A stretch of DNA of 64,000 bases from Takakia lepidozioides (taxonomy: Eukaryota > Plantae > Bryophyta): assembly GCA_030704615.1 (NCBI GenBank), contig CM060733.1, positions 48,980,001-49,044,000 of the forward strand, read 5' to 3'. The notes beneath the pieces were generated by a model that ran no database searches, was not told the origin of the DNA, and saw only the letters and a program-made list of their open reading frames with translations. Made by a program: the position numbers and the translations under genes. Each line of letters begins with the position of its first letter. Position 1 is the first letter of the stretch. Below are positions 38,036 to 51,231 of this stretch, piece by piece.

Positions 38036-39661
38036 CACCTTCCCCGGTGACTCTCTCTCTCTCTCCCTCTCTCTCCCTCTCTCCAACTACTTGTTTGGGA
38101 TTATCAATTTTTTTCCATAATACTTATTTTGGAAATACTATATATTTTTAATCCCAATTTTTAAGGTTTCATCCATACTGAATGAAATTTCTGTTATAAC
38201 CATAACTGGATGATTTATAGGCAGATATGCATTTCAATGCATTTTAGGTTTATGCTCCTTTGATTTAAACCTATTGAATGCCCATTTTTCATCCTAGTCT
38301 GATACCATCCATACCGGATGGTGGATGAAATCGCGGGTGGTTTTCCTTTAAGTGTCTCTCTGCCCTAGACACAGCACGATGTCGTGCGTGTTTTTTTTCT
38401 CTGGAAGAATGCAATGGCGGACGAATGCTCGATGGCGGCTGAATGCCCGAGCAGCAAGATCCGAACGGGTGTGTTCTTGTTTTTTGAACGCGCGATGATG
38501 GCAGACACTTTCATCTCCCGGATGGCAAATGACATACTGGTATGTTTGCCTACGTTTTTTCCTCATTGATGAAGCAACGGCGGTTATGGAGGTGGGGAAG
38601 CGGCCTGTATTACAAGATACAACCTGTCCTCAACTCTCCTCCCGTTGCATTCTGTTGTGCTCGTTCAAATTCAGATGATGAACACTGCAGCGTCCTACTC
38701 CACAAAAGATTGAGGTTCTTTGTGGTGTCACATCTATGCTTTCTTCTGCTGGTTCTGTGATCTTTGCATGCTTTATGGCTCATACCTGACATGGATAGCA
38801 ACTGTGAAATCCTATAATTCACCTTGCGCATCCTCACTAACGCACAAAACATTTTTTGTGTTTGTTTTTGGGACGGGCGCAGGTGAGGGATTTCACTTGG
38901 CATGAACTCTTTGGCTTGCAGATGATCTGGTTACTGTAGGAGGGATAAGATATGCTGCAAGCTGCCGTTGTTGCAATTTTCTGCTTCAAAGCTGCTTCAA
39001 GGGGGATATGCCTTAAACCTACTTTGATTTCTGGTTCTTGGTAACCAAATCTGTTAAGTCAGGGAAGTAAATGGGCTGGGCCTCCTAGAAATCAGACCTT
39101 ATTGTGAAGGTTCGGGCTGGTTGTGATGACAAGGGTTTGGTGATGCAAGTGTGACATTGGATGCATTTTTCCAAACCTGTTTTCTGGCCTTTTGGAGAGT
39201 CAGACAGTGCTGTTTATGCCTCACCAATTTAGAATGTATTAAGTAAGGCATTGGGTAAGCCTTTTTAAGAACACATACATTCTTTCAGGCTCCCCCATGG
39301 AGATTATAACCTGATTACAAACTGGTATTTTTGAGGATCTCTCTAAAACTTGGCAGAGTGACTGGATAAGGCCCTGGGATACATACCATAGCCCTGCATC
39401 TACTTATGGAAGTACAATCAGTTCAGCTTGTGCTTTTAGGAACATACAAGTCCTTTAAAGCTGTAATAGGGAATTGTTTTCATCAAAGCTCTCACTCTTA
39501 GGCCTGCTGGAATGGTTTTCTCAAAGACCTGTTGAGCTTACAACATACTTGTTTAAGCTATTTGAACCCAAGAATTACCAAGCCAGTATTTTTAAAGGGT
39601 TTTTTTTATTACGAACTGTATTCTTAAGCTCCCCCCAGAGATTGGGAATGTGACATGGTAA

Positions 39662-39664
<3 letters not shown>

Positions 39665-39706
<42 letters not shown>
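39665..39706. repeat. (CT)n microsatellite
   Basis: Perfect CT run. Confidence 0.9.
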
Positions 39707-39709
<3 letters not shown>

Positions 39710-40147
39710 TCCTCTGATACATGATACATATATACATGATTTGTGCAGAGACATGGATAGCTGAAGGAGCAGGGATAGAGTGCCTGGGTCCAGATTCATC
39801 CAAGAGGGCCGGATTTCAATCTCCAGATTACATATGATTCCCTGTGGAAGGATAGCTACAAGAAACCTGCATGGATAGATGATCAATTGGTTGGTCTTGA
39901 GCTGAAGAGCACGACCCCTGCAGGGATGTCTCTCCATCTGTAGATCTTTTAGGAAGTGGAAGGCTAGGCCTAGGGCCCAGCTTTCTTATGACATTGTTAG
40001 CTGATTTTCAGTTCTTCTCCTTAGCTCGGTGCCTTTCTGTTTCCAAGTTATGGCAGTAGTTTCTGGCTGTAGTCTCTTTTCCTGCTAGACTCTTTAGCTC
40101 TATGCAGACCCCCTTCTTTGCTTGCCTTCCTTCTTATGTCTGTGTCT

Positions 40148-42860
40148 TCACTACATGTAACCCTTTATAACACCGCAGAGTGTCACCCCCACCCCTATGT
40201 AACCCTCTGTAACACTTTGCAACCCATGTAACCCTATGTAACCCTCTGTAACCCATGTAACCCTCTGTAACACCGCAGAGTGTAACCCTCACTCCATGTA
40301 ACCCTCTGTAACCCTTTGTAACCCATGTAATCCTTTGTGACCCTCTGTAACCCATGTAACCCTCTGTGACCCTTTGTAACCCTCACCACCATGTAACCCT
40401 CTGTAACACCGCAGAGTGTCACCCTCACCCGTATGTAACCCTCACTCCATGTAACCCTCTCTGACCCTCTATATCCCTCACCAGGTGTAACCCTTTCCAC
40501 CATGTAACCCTCTGTAACACCGCAGAGTGTCACCCTCGCCACCATATAACCCTCTGCAACCCTCACAAACCCTCTGTGACACCGCAGAGTGTCACCCTCA
40601 TCCCCATGTAACCCTCACTCCATGTAACCCTCACAAACCCTCTGTGGCTCTGTAACCCATGTAACCCTCTGTAACACCACAGAGTGTCGCCCTCACCCCT
40701 TATGTAACCCTCATTCCATGTAACCCTCTGTAACACCACAGAGTGTCGCCCTCACCCCTTATGTAACCCTCACTCCATGTAACCCTCTGTAACCCATATA
40801 ACCCTCTGTGACCCTTTGTAACCCTCACCACCATGTAACCCTCTGTAACACCGCAGAGTGTCACCCTCACCCCTATGTAACCCTCATTCCATGTAACCCT
40901 CTCTGACCCTCTGTAACCCTCACCGCCATGTAACCCTCTGTAACCCATGTAACCCTCTGTGACCCTCTATATCCCTCACCAGGTGTAACCCTTACCACCA
41001 TGTAACCCTCTGTAACACCGCAGAGTGTCACCCTCGCCACCATGTAACCCTCCGTAACCCTCACAAACCCTCTGTGACACCGTAGAGTGTCACCTCACTC
41101 CATGTAACCCTCACAAACCCTCTGTGGCTCTGTAACCCATGTAACCCTCTGTAACACTGCAGAGTGTCGCCCTCACCCCTTATGTAACCCTCACTCCATG
41201 TAACCCTCTGTAACCCATGTAACCCTTTGTGACCCTTTGTAACCCTCACCACCATGTAACCCTCTGTAACACCGCAGAGTGTAACCCTCACTCCATGTAA
41301 CCCTCTGTAACCCTTTGTAACCCATGTAATCCTCTGTGACCCTCTGTAACCCATGTAACCCTCTGTGACCCTTTGTAACCCTCACCACCATGTAACCCTC
41401 TGTAACACCGCAGAGTGTCACCCTCACCCGTATGTAACCCTCACTCCATGTAACCCTCTCTGACCCTCTATATCCCTCACCAGGTGTAACCCTTTCCACC
41501 ATGTAACCCTCTGTAATACCGCAGAGTGTCACCCTCGCCACCATATAACCCTCTGTAACCCTCACAAACCCTCTGTGGCTCTGTAACCCATGTAACCCTC
41601 TGTAACACCACAGAGTGTCGCCCTCACCCCTTATGTAACCCTCATTCCATGTAACCCTCTGTAACACCACAGAGTGTCGCCCTCACCCCTTATGTAACCC
41701 TCACTCCATGTAACCCTCTGTAACCCATGTAACCCTCTGTGACCCTTTGTAACCCTCACCACCATGTAACCCTCTGTAACACCGCAGAGTGTCACCCTCA
41801 CCCCTATGTAACCCTCATTCCATGTAACCCCTCTCTGACCCTCTGTAACCCTCACCGCCATGTAACCCTCTGCAACCCATGTAACCCTCTGTGACCCTCT
41901 ATATCCCTCACCAGGTGTAACCCTTACCACCATGTAACCCTTTGTAACACCGCAGAGTGTCACCCTCGCCACCATGTAACCCTCTCTGACCCTCTGTAAC
42001 CCTCTGTGACCCTCTATATCCTTCACTAGGTGTAACCCTTACCACCATGTAATCCTTTGTAACACCGCAGAGTGTCACCCCCATCCCTATGTATCCCTCA
42101 CTCCTTGTAACCCATGTAATCCTTGGTGACCCTATGTAACCCGTGTAACCCTCTGTGACCCTGTGTAACCTATGTAACCCCATGTAACCCTCTCTGACCC
42201 TCTGTAACCCATGTAACCCTCTGTGACCCTCTATAACCCTCACCAGGTGTAACCTTCACCACCATGTAACCCTTAGTAACCCTCTGTAATACTGTAGAGT
42301 GTCACCCTCACCCCTGTGTAACCTCACTCCATGTAACCCTCTGTGACCCTCTGTGACCCTCTGTAACCCTCATCAGGTATAACCCTCACCACCATGTAAC
42401 CCTCCATAACCCGTTTATCCCTCTGTAACACCGCTGAGTGTCACCCTCACTCCATGTAACCCTCCCATGTAACCCTATGTCACCCTCTGTAACCCATGTA
42501 ACCCCATGACCCTCTGTAACCCTTTGTAACCCATGTAACCCTCTGTTACTCCGCGGGGTGTAACCCTCACTCCATGTTATCCTGCATCGTGTAACCCCAA
42601 TGTAAGCTTGTATCATGTTATCCCATATACCCCTCTCCGTGTAACTCCAGTTCCTCGTAACCCCATCATCCCTGTAACCCTCTGCACGTCAGCCCTTTAG
42701 CTCCGCCTCGTGTAACCCTCATTGTGCAACTCTCACATTGTAACCCCACCATGTAACCCCGATACTGTATCAATCCCCTCCGTGTAACCCCCGATTGTGT
42801 CACTCATAGCTCGTGTCACCCCGGATCATTTATCCCCAACGCATGTCACCCCTGTTCGTG
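40148..42860 (+). repeat. TGTAACCC/TGTCACCC motif array B
   Basis: Same units as array A, with marker at 40470, 40968, 41469, 41900. Degenerates toward 42860. Confidence 0.95.
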
Positions 42861-43084
42861 TAGCCCCTTGGTGCCCGGCAAAAATTGGCGGGCTCCAAGA
42901 GGTGTCAGATATTTTGAATTCAAACCTGGGTTACACGATTCGGTGACATCAAAACCCACGTGTAACTCCATCATCGCTCGTCATTTTCACCAGGTGCGTA
43001 GACGACGTGCAGTCCCGAGGGCTCCGCTGCGTTGCCCGCGTGTGTTATGCGATTTGTACTGTACTGGTGGTACTGTTGCTGCTA

Positions 43085-46000
43085 ATGGCATGTGTTGCCG
43101 CGAAGGTGCTAGACGAGGAACGCAAAGCAGCATTGGAATCAAATGGTTTGAAAGATGAGGCGGGAGAACTCTGTCATTTGCAGCATTTGGTATCTCATTT
43201 GAAATGCATCCTACAGCTGCCCATAGACGGGCTTTTCAATCACACAAACCTCCGTTGGATACGCCAGGTTTCCCAGGGAAAAGGGAAACGGATATCCATC
43301 GAAATAGCTGTCGTTCCATGGTCTCGCATTCCTGATTTTCTGGAGGGAGAAAGGAGTAGAGTGGATGGGAAGACCCAATTTTATGTTCAAGATTGAAGGT
43401 ACCGTGAGTTGCCAGATTTGACAACACCGCGTGCAAACAGTTATCGTCAGTGGCATAAGTAAGTCATTTATGAGGGTTGTATAACATTCCCAGCCCCACT
43501 TCTTTCTGCTGGCCTAGCAAAGTCGTATATGGCGATAACCCTCCTCGCTTTATATGCTTTTTTTGCAGGTACCACTGCTGCTACGGCCCAATAGATAGGC
43601 GCACAGACCCGCCGATTGTGAAGAAGAAAGAAAAACCGATAGCAGCCTCCGATAATCAAAAACCAGTCAAGCAAATCAGACGTAAGGCAGCGGATTTCGG
43701 AGAGTCATACAAACGTGGGTGTACGTGTAGCTTCAAAGTTGGCCAGTGTTTTCTAGATTCAGAGTTGGCAATCATCACATACTTCCAGAAACAGTATGTG
43801 GATGCAAAAGGAAAGCCATGTCATGGTTCAGCTGACCCCTCTTCCCATTTCTCGCGATTCGTGCATGCCCCTCGTCTCAGCCAAGATATGAAACAGTGGA
43901 TCGTCGATAGTCTTCGCAGTGGCCTATCTCCAGCTATGATTATGACACAACACACTCAATAGCTCCAGGAAGCTTGTGCGTCTGAGCCAGGCATGGAGTG
44001 GAGTCGCGATTGTTTCTTGTTCGAGTACGACGTGAGAAACATTGCCGACAAGCTTGCGATTGAGAGTTACAAAAAACGATGCACAAAGTGTACGTATGTG
44101 GGTCGATAGCAATCCTGAAAGCGTCTTCTTCTACCATGAAGAGATAGCGCCAGTGGCGGGTGATTTGAAGTTTGTAATTGGAATACAAACGGAGTGGCAA
44201 AAACAGAAAATGATCGACCTGGGACACAACCGTGTGGTATCCTGCGATGCAACATTTGGGACCAACGAAAATAAGGTATTCGTGTCACGCTTTACCTTTC
44301 TTTGCATTTTGAAATGTGAGTGCCATGCAACTGTTGCCAATATTATAACACTCACCTTATTCATTTTTGTACCATTGCGACATTGCAGTTCCCAATGTAT
44401 ACCATGATGGTGTTCGACGAATGGCTCAACGGCATACCTGTTGCTTATATTATATCAGCGAGAAACAAAACGACTGACCTGAGCCTCTGGATGAAACGTC
44501 TTCGCGACCGACTTCTTCAGAGCAAACCAGATTGGAGGCCAAATGCTTTTGTTGTCGACGATGCAGACGCAGAAATCAATGCTATCAGGTACACGGCTAG
44601 AAGTTATAATGTTCTGAGTCACACAGTAATTCACACTACAAGTTGCATGCACGAGGGGTTTCATGGATCGGGCTACACTGCTGCTAGTTACACTGAGAAT
44701 CACAATAAGAGTTAAACTGCCAGTTACACGAGGGGGTGCATTGCTGCCTGTAACACTTGGAGTTATATTGTCAGTTGCTTGAGGGGTTACATGGATTGGG
44801 TTGCAGTGCTGTCTGTTACACTGAGGGTTACACTATCAGTTAGACAGATGGTTATACTGCCTTGAGTTGGACGGAGGGTTACATTGCTGTGAGTTAGACC
44901 GAGGGTTACACTGCTGTGAGTTAGACCGAGGGTTTACACTGCTATGAGGTAGACAGAGGGTTACACTGCGAGTTACACTGGGAGTTACACGGCGTGTCAT
45001 CCGCAATCCTGCATGGATTAGGTTGCACTGCTATAGCCTGTGAGTTATACTGGGAGCATCGCAGAGGGTTGTATGGGTTGGGTCGCTCTGAGAGTTACAC
45101 GGTGTAACATGGATTGCGTTACAGCGCTGCGAGGGGTTATATGTGTTGGGTTACACTGCTGTGAGTTTCACTGATAGTTACATGACCAGATGCACGAGGG
45201 GTTACATGAGTCACACTACTAAGAGTGACACTTTGAAGAGTTACACTTCTACGAGTTACACTGCGAAGAGTTCCTCTGATAAGAGTTACACTGACAAGAG
45301 TTACACTGATGGATTGGGTGGCATTTGATGTGTGTGCGTGCAGGGAATCGTTTGCAGACGTAGCGATATTTCTATGCCTTTGGCATGTTCGCCGCGCTTG
45401 GCTGAAACATTCGTGGCGTAAGATGCCCGATCCATACACTCGCAATGCTGTTTTAAAACAACTTGGCGACGTAATGTACGGCATTAACGCCTGTGTGGGA
45501 GTCACCCCAGAAGAGTGGGCACTGGAGCGACTGGAAGATTTGAATTATTCCTATCCGCTTGCGCGTGACTTCCTACATTACATCAGAATGGAATGGGTCC
45601 CAAAACTGAGCATGTGGATCACGGGGCTCGTTATATTCCCCACGCAAGTCAGGATACTAATGCCGCATTGAATCTTGGCACGGAAATTTGAAGGCTCGTT
45701 TACGCTCGGGAAAGCAAAGGCTTGATGGCAGGAGAATCGATTGGCTGATCAGCAAACTCGTGGGTCCTGTTCTAACCCACTATTGGTATAGAGATAACTT
45801 GAAATCGAAAGGCTTCAAAAGGAATGTACAACAGGAGGAATTTATCAGTAATGTTGTTTGGACTGCAAGGGAGATCCCTGATGTCAATGTTCATTTGCCC
45901 ACTGTTCCTGGTCATCCGGCGATTGTGGATAGTGTTCAAACGGCCGATCGAAGCTACACAATCTATGCACCTGCAACCACCTGGGCTTGTTGTGATTGTC

Positions 46001-46404
46001 CATGGGCTTTGAAGGGTAACTTGTGCAAACATCAAATCCGCGTTCTTCAATTGATGAAGCCAAATCTGAAGGAAGGGCTTATTGTGAAGCTCTGTGGCAC
46101 AAAGCTCGGGACCATTCATGGAGGTCTTCACATGTTGATGAAATCGGAACTTCCAGATATTGATGCAGAGGAGGAAGTTGTGAATCTAGCAGAGCCTACG
46201 GAGTGCTCAGCGAGTGAAACAATGCGCAAACATCTGCTTGCCGAGCTTCGTTGTGTTCGTGGGAGGCTGTCCACTTTACAAGTTAGAATCAACAAAGGTC
46301 TGTTGCACCCTCTTCAAGCAGTTCCATTCATAAAAAATGATGATGGAAACAACATGTCCCTTGCCAGGAAAGTAGATTTTGTAGACCGGTTCCGTAGTAA
46401 GTGA
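43085..46404 (+). pseudogene. MULE transposase 1 with SWIM zinc finger (4 exons; stops and frameshifts)
   Basis: Exons 43085-43458, 43569-44275, 44389-44588, 45344-46404 (GT-AG). Motifs YHCCYGP, KRGCTCSF, GKPCHG, CDATFGTN (D1), FVVDD (D2), CLWH, DTNA.ESWH (E), SWIM CDCPWALKGNLCKH. Confidence 0.92.
44589..45343. repeat. Transposase intron filled with GG/AGTTACAC motif
   Basis: Dozens of (G/A)GTTACAC copies between the GT donor at 44589 and the AG acceptor at 45343. Confidence 0.85.
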
Positions 46405-47692
46405 CCATTGAGTCCATTGGCAATGACACTTATTTTGTGATCACCAAGTTTAATATGAAGTACATGTCTGTTCATGGGTTGTTATTCACTTTGCCATTCC
46501 ATCCACATTCAACCTATGTAACCCACTCAATGGGATACCCATGGGCCGGGGTGACACACCGCAGGGTTACACCGTCTGGGGTTTCATAACGTAACATAGC
46601 TCTACTTAGTGTAACTCGCATCTGTGGTACTCCACACAGTGTAACACAGATGAGTGTAAACCTCTTTAGTGTAACTCATTGTGGTGTAACTCCAAGTGTA
46701 ACTGCAATGTAACTATCAACAGTGTAACCCAGTATGTAACCCCATAGAATATTGCTGTCAGTGGTGTAACTCTGAGAATTATAAGTCGATGACTACAATG
46801 TGACTACAGGGTCTGGGTTAGTCTGTCGGGGTTACATGACCCTTCAATACAGAGTGGGAAGATGCTGAAGTCGAGCACCTTTAGTCACCAACACTAGCCC
46901 CTGTATGTGTAACCCCTCTATGTGTAACCCAATTTGTGTGTAACCCATGGACGTGTAATCCATGAGATAGATAATCATTCCGTTCAACCTATGTTATGGA
47001 CCAGTGTAGCCCTCCGGAGTGTAACTTGTTGTTGTGTAACCCCAAGAAGTATGTATCCCGACCACATGTAACCCCCATTGGGGGTTGCTATTCCATATGC
47101 ACAGGTTGCGTGCATGCATGCACAAAATCCCTTATTATATATGCATGTGACAAATTTGTATGCACACATTGTAGATTGTATGCAGTGGAGTTATATAACA
47201 TAGAATACGACGTATTTATTGCATATGCAAATGTTACATCATATGTATATAGAAAAAAATAAAATAAAAATCTTAGCTAACAAAATCAGTAGTCAATGGT
47301 CAAAGATGCATGTGACCACTAACTCCAACTAATGCACCACCTTAAACTGAAGAGAATACAAGATCCTTGGCCAAAGTAATAGTTTGCAAACTTGTGTTCA
47401 AGGAAAACAGTTTCATATTAACCAAAATATGGACTTTTGTACTAACAAATGCATATGTGTCATGTTTGGAACCACCACATTGTATGTCTGTTTGTAATGC
47501 CAAGCAGTTCTATAATTTGAAAACTTGTATGACAGGTACACAAGTTCCATTTTAACCAAAATAGGAACTTTTGTACTAACAAATGCTATGTGTCATGTTT
47601 GGAATAAAGTAGTAACAAGATAATTACATGTCACATGCATGAAAATGAACGGCACAAGTTAGAGGTTCTTTTTTTGTGCATTTCATGTGTCA

Positions 47693-50600
47693 CTAAGAAG
47701 TTGAACTAGGGTCCTTCTTTAGCATAGCCCTAACCTCTAACTGGCTAAGGGAAGGTTGGTGGATCTCATAAGCCCCGGCGCATCCTATATGCACGTTGTA
47801 CATGAAGTACATGTGCTTACAAGGTAGATATGTTTGTTTTTTCTTCTTGACAGATAGCTCATCAAAGTCGGGACAATCACAAGATGGAAACTGACCAATG
47901 TATACATTGTAAACCAATCCTGCTCTGGTAGATCCCTCTGTTTGTAGCTGGTAAATTCTCCCATAACCTGGCTGAGGCACGTTTCTGAATCCACGAACCT
48001 CAGCAATAAGAGTCTCCGCTGACTCTTGGCGACTCAAGTGTCGAGGAGTCGGATCCCGACGCCGAATGCGCACCCCATAGCGTGTAGTGGGATACTTACC
48101 CACAGGAAGGACAACACCTTGATGCATATGTTGTTCCACTGGAAGTGGTCCCACTGGAAAGTTCGGATCAGGAACGTTGGGAGGATGGACTAGTCAAAAA
48201 CCTGCAAGGGTCAAGTTGTCCACCTCTTCTTGTTTAAGGTTGGTTCCAACCTTCACAGGCCACACGTTAGGTATACCCGGTTTTCCCAAGCAATAGGATG
48301 GCACGGTCCCTCCAACACACGACAAAACATCTGTGGGGCAAAACCAAAAAACTTGCAGTTTTGGTTCTTTCATGTTCGGTGCTAGTAACTTGCCAGTGAA
48401 GCAAGGTGCAGGACTTCCTTTACCTTTCCTGATGAGCGCTTTGCATTTATCTTTAGAAACTCCAACCAAGGCAGAACAACGAACCATGGAAGCAGGACCT
48501 GTCCGCTGAATCCTGAACAATGCATCGGAAAAGTCTTGTGTCTCTCTCACTGGATTTCCCCATTGCATTGGCTGAGGAGGGATAGCAACATGTGGATTTG
48601 TCTCACAGAAAGTCGAAGAACCAGGAATGTCATGACTTGATTTGGAGCTGACGAACCTAGATGGCTGGTGTGGACTGGGCATCCTAGTGGCGCGCACTGG
48701 AACAGTCTTTACATTCATATCACACCTCCAAGATTCGTTTGGCCCACCATGCTCATCGCCTAACTTGCGTTTGACTGGAATAGTGCGATTGTCTCCCTCC
48801 AATTGAACCCCCCTTGTGTGCATGGGTGTTCCAGCTACTATGCCACGTACAACCTTACCCATTTTTGCTGGGCTATTAGATCTAGCTGCTTGACGCAACA
48901 TGAGCTCCTCTTTGTCGGGCCCCGTCCCCCATGTCTTTCCTGTGGTGTGCCTGTAAAATGTTGCCTGCTGCAAAAGAGCTCGTGACATGTCATGCATGGT
49001 GGCCTCATATAGATCCACCTTCATTTTTTTCCCATTGCCTGCTGTCTTCCACCAAGCAGAATGGACTGCCTCAGACAAATTAGTGGTAGGCATATCTGCA
49101 TCTGCCTCCACATCCATGTCCTCTCTCATCCATTGGCCCCACATTCGATATCTGTAGTGCCACCATGCAAGCCATGAATCTAGTTTTGGCAGACTCTTTT
49201 CTGTGCATGCTCCTGAAGAGAGCCACCAAGCCCGAATTGCAATGTATGTGTGGCATCCTCCAAGGTAGCACTATCTTTCCATTCATAACAGAGCTGAGTG
49301 TGCCTTTCACGGAAGTCCTCCAAGATATAGTCGTTGGTGTGTCTTCGGAGGCTTTCAGCCCAATGATATAAACATGTTCTTTCTTTACCTTCCATTGGGA
49401 CATTGGGATCAGATCCATAAACCCTTCGAACAGCAGCCCAATTCGCTCCTGCTGCATCCGCCATGAAGCCAGCAAAATTTGGTTTGTTCAAGCCAGCAAG
49501 TTTTGCTTGTTCATTGATCATCTCCCAGAATAACACCTGAGCATCTGCATCCTCTGTTTTCATATCGCAAATGGCAATGGTCATCATTCGCTTGACATAT
49601 GGTTCATAGACATGACACGCAAGAGTTGTCCAATCCTTGATGCGTTTGACATGGTCAAATACTACCCAACTTGTGCGTAGATCCCCCTCACTCATGCGAC
49701 GCACAAGATCAACACCACTCCCGGGACCAGCAACAGACATCTTGAAAACATGGGGGAGATGAGAAGTATGCTGGCCTGGAAGGAGATTGCTGTGAATGAA
49801 ATGGTATGTACTCAGACGCTTCAACTCCAATATGGACATGATGGAATTGACACGTGCAGATGCGACCTTGTTTTTCACATTGGGGCTACAAACATGGGCA
49901 AACTCTTCAAGAATATCTTCCAAAGCCTCTCCCTCAAGACGTACTGTCTCTGTGCCATCAGCCACAAGAACTCGATCAATCAAGAGCTTTTGGGCCATTG
50001 ACAAGGAAATAGCTCCCGGGGTCGACCATGGCTTCATCTTAACGTGCTCTTGAATCATGCTTGATGCATTTTCCGCAGCCTCTCTATTCTCGCCCTTGGC
50101 ACATGGATGGTTATGAAACCCAACGTGAACTGCAACACGTGTATATGTTGGAAGGGAACTTGTGACATAGTACATTCTTGCCCCACAATGCGCCTCACAG
50201 AAAGGTCTTTCTTTGCAGAAACTACACTTGAACTGGTTGAATGGAACTTGGGCTCCTGCAATGAACACCTTGTCTGCATTGCCTTCCCAATAGCGGTCAT
50301 TCCGTTCTCCTTCTTTCTTGAAGAAGGGGCAAGTGCTGCTTTGACATATGAGCTTTCCAACACAAAGAACCTTACTACATTTCACATGATCTGGAACACC
50401 AGACATATTGTAGGTATTGGTCTTGCACCAAGGATGACCATCAAACTTGCGGTCCATGCCTTGGAGGGACTGTGAACCACGGTCCGTACGTAGTTTGACC
50501 ACGGGGGGGAGTTCGTGGATCACTTTTCCATCAAAAGCTCGAGGAAGACACCGAACACGATGCACTGGAATGTGACTATAGTCCAAGGTAGAAAGCTCTC

Positions 50601-51231
50601 CTTTTGATCCATTCCTCCGAGCAATGGCCAAGATACTCAAAATGGACAACACACCAGAAGGAAATGCAGATGTAGCCTCCCTTGCTAGTCGTGGAGATGA
50701 AGATAAACCCCTCGCAGATTCGCAACAATCAGACGTGGTGTTGTCCAATGGAGTTTTCCGAGGCTTCATGTCGTGAAGCAAGACCGTATGAGCAGATGAG
50801 GAAGGTTGAGATCCACAAAATACACTCTTAGAAACCTCAACACAATCCGAATTATGAGACCCCAAGCTCGCCGAATCTGCAACCTCCTCCTTCAATTTAC
50901 AACTCCCATTTGTCGCAGCTTGATCGTTCTTTCTTGCAATAGAAGTGTGCCTCTCATCATGTGACTGTGTATAGCTCGTACCTGTGACACGGTACTTGGA
51001 GAAAGTGTCTGGAAACAACTCCCATTGCTTTTGGCCGTCATTGAAAACTGGAAGCAACACTGTGGAGGCATCATCATCTCCATCATCCTCCAAAAAAACT
51101 GAACCCGGAACAAGTTTGAATCTATTGCATAACCAAGGTTCTGGGATAATGCACTTGTTTCCATTGCAAGGATAACGAACCACTTTTGCATCAGGTGGAC
51201 ATGAAAGCACTGCATATTTTGGTGTAGACAT
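47693..51231 (-). pseudogene. MULE-like transposase 2 with Cys/His-rich (GCM/WRKY-like) N-terminal domain and SWIM finger
   Basis: ORFs 51231-49180, 49144-48194 and 48154-47693 join via one frameshift and one in-frame TGA. Motifs CVGKLICQSSTC..CSFC..HCGAR..GFHNHP, VFDHVKR (D1), FMADAAGAN (D2), CLYHW, TNLSEAVH (E), SWIM CDCPDF...PCKH. Confidence 0.88.

Noticed and set aside
34995-42616. VTEGY/RGLHG repeat ORFs
   Set aside because: Translations of the DNA motif array appearing in all frames; no evidence of coding.
34805-42860. True or interstitial telomere, or CRISPR array
   Set aside because: No consecutive TTTAGGG/TTAGGG tracts and no constant repeat with unique spacers. The arrays are continuous with the MULE TIR.
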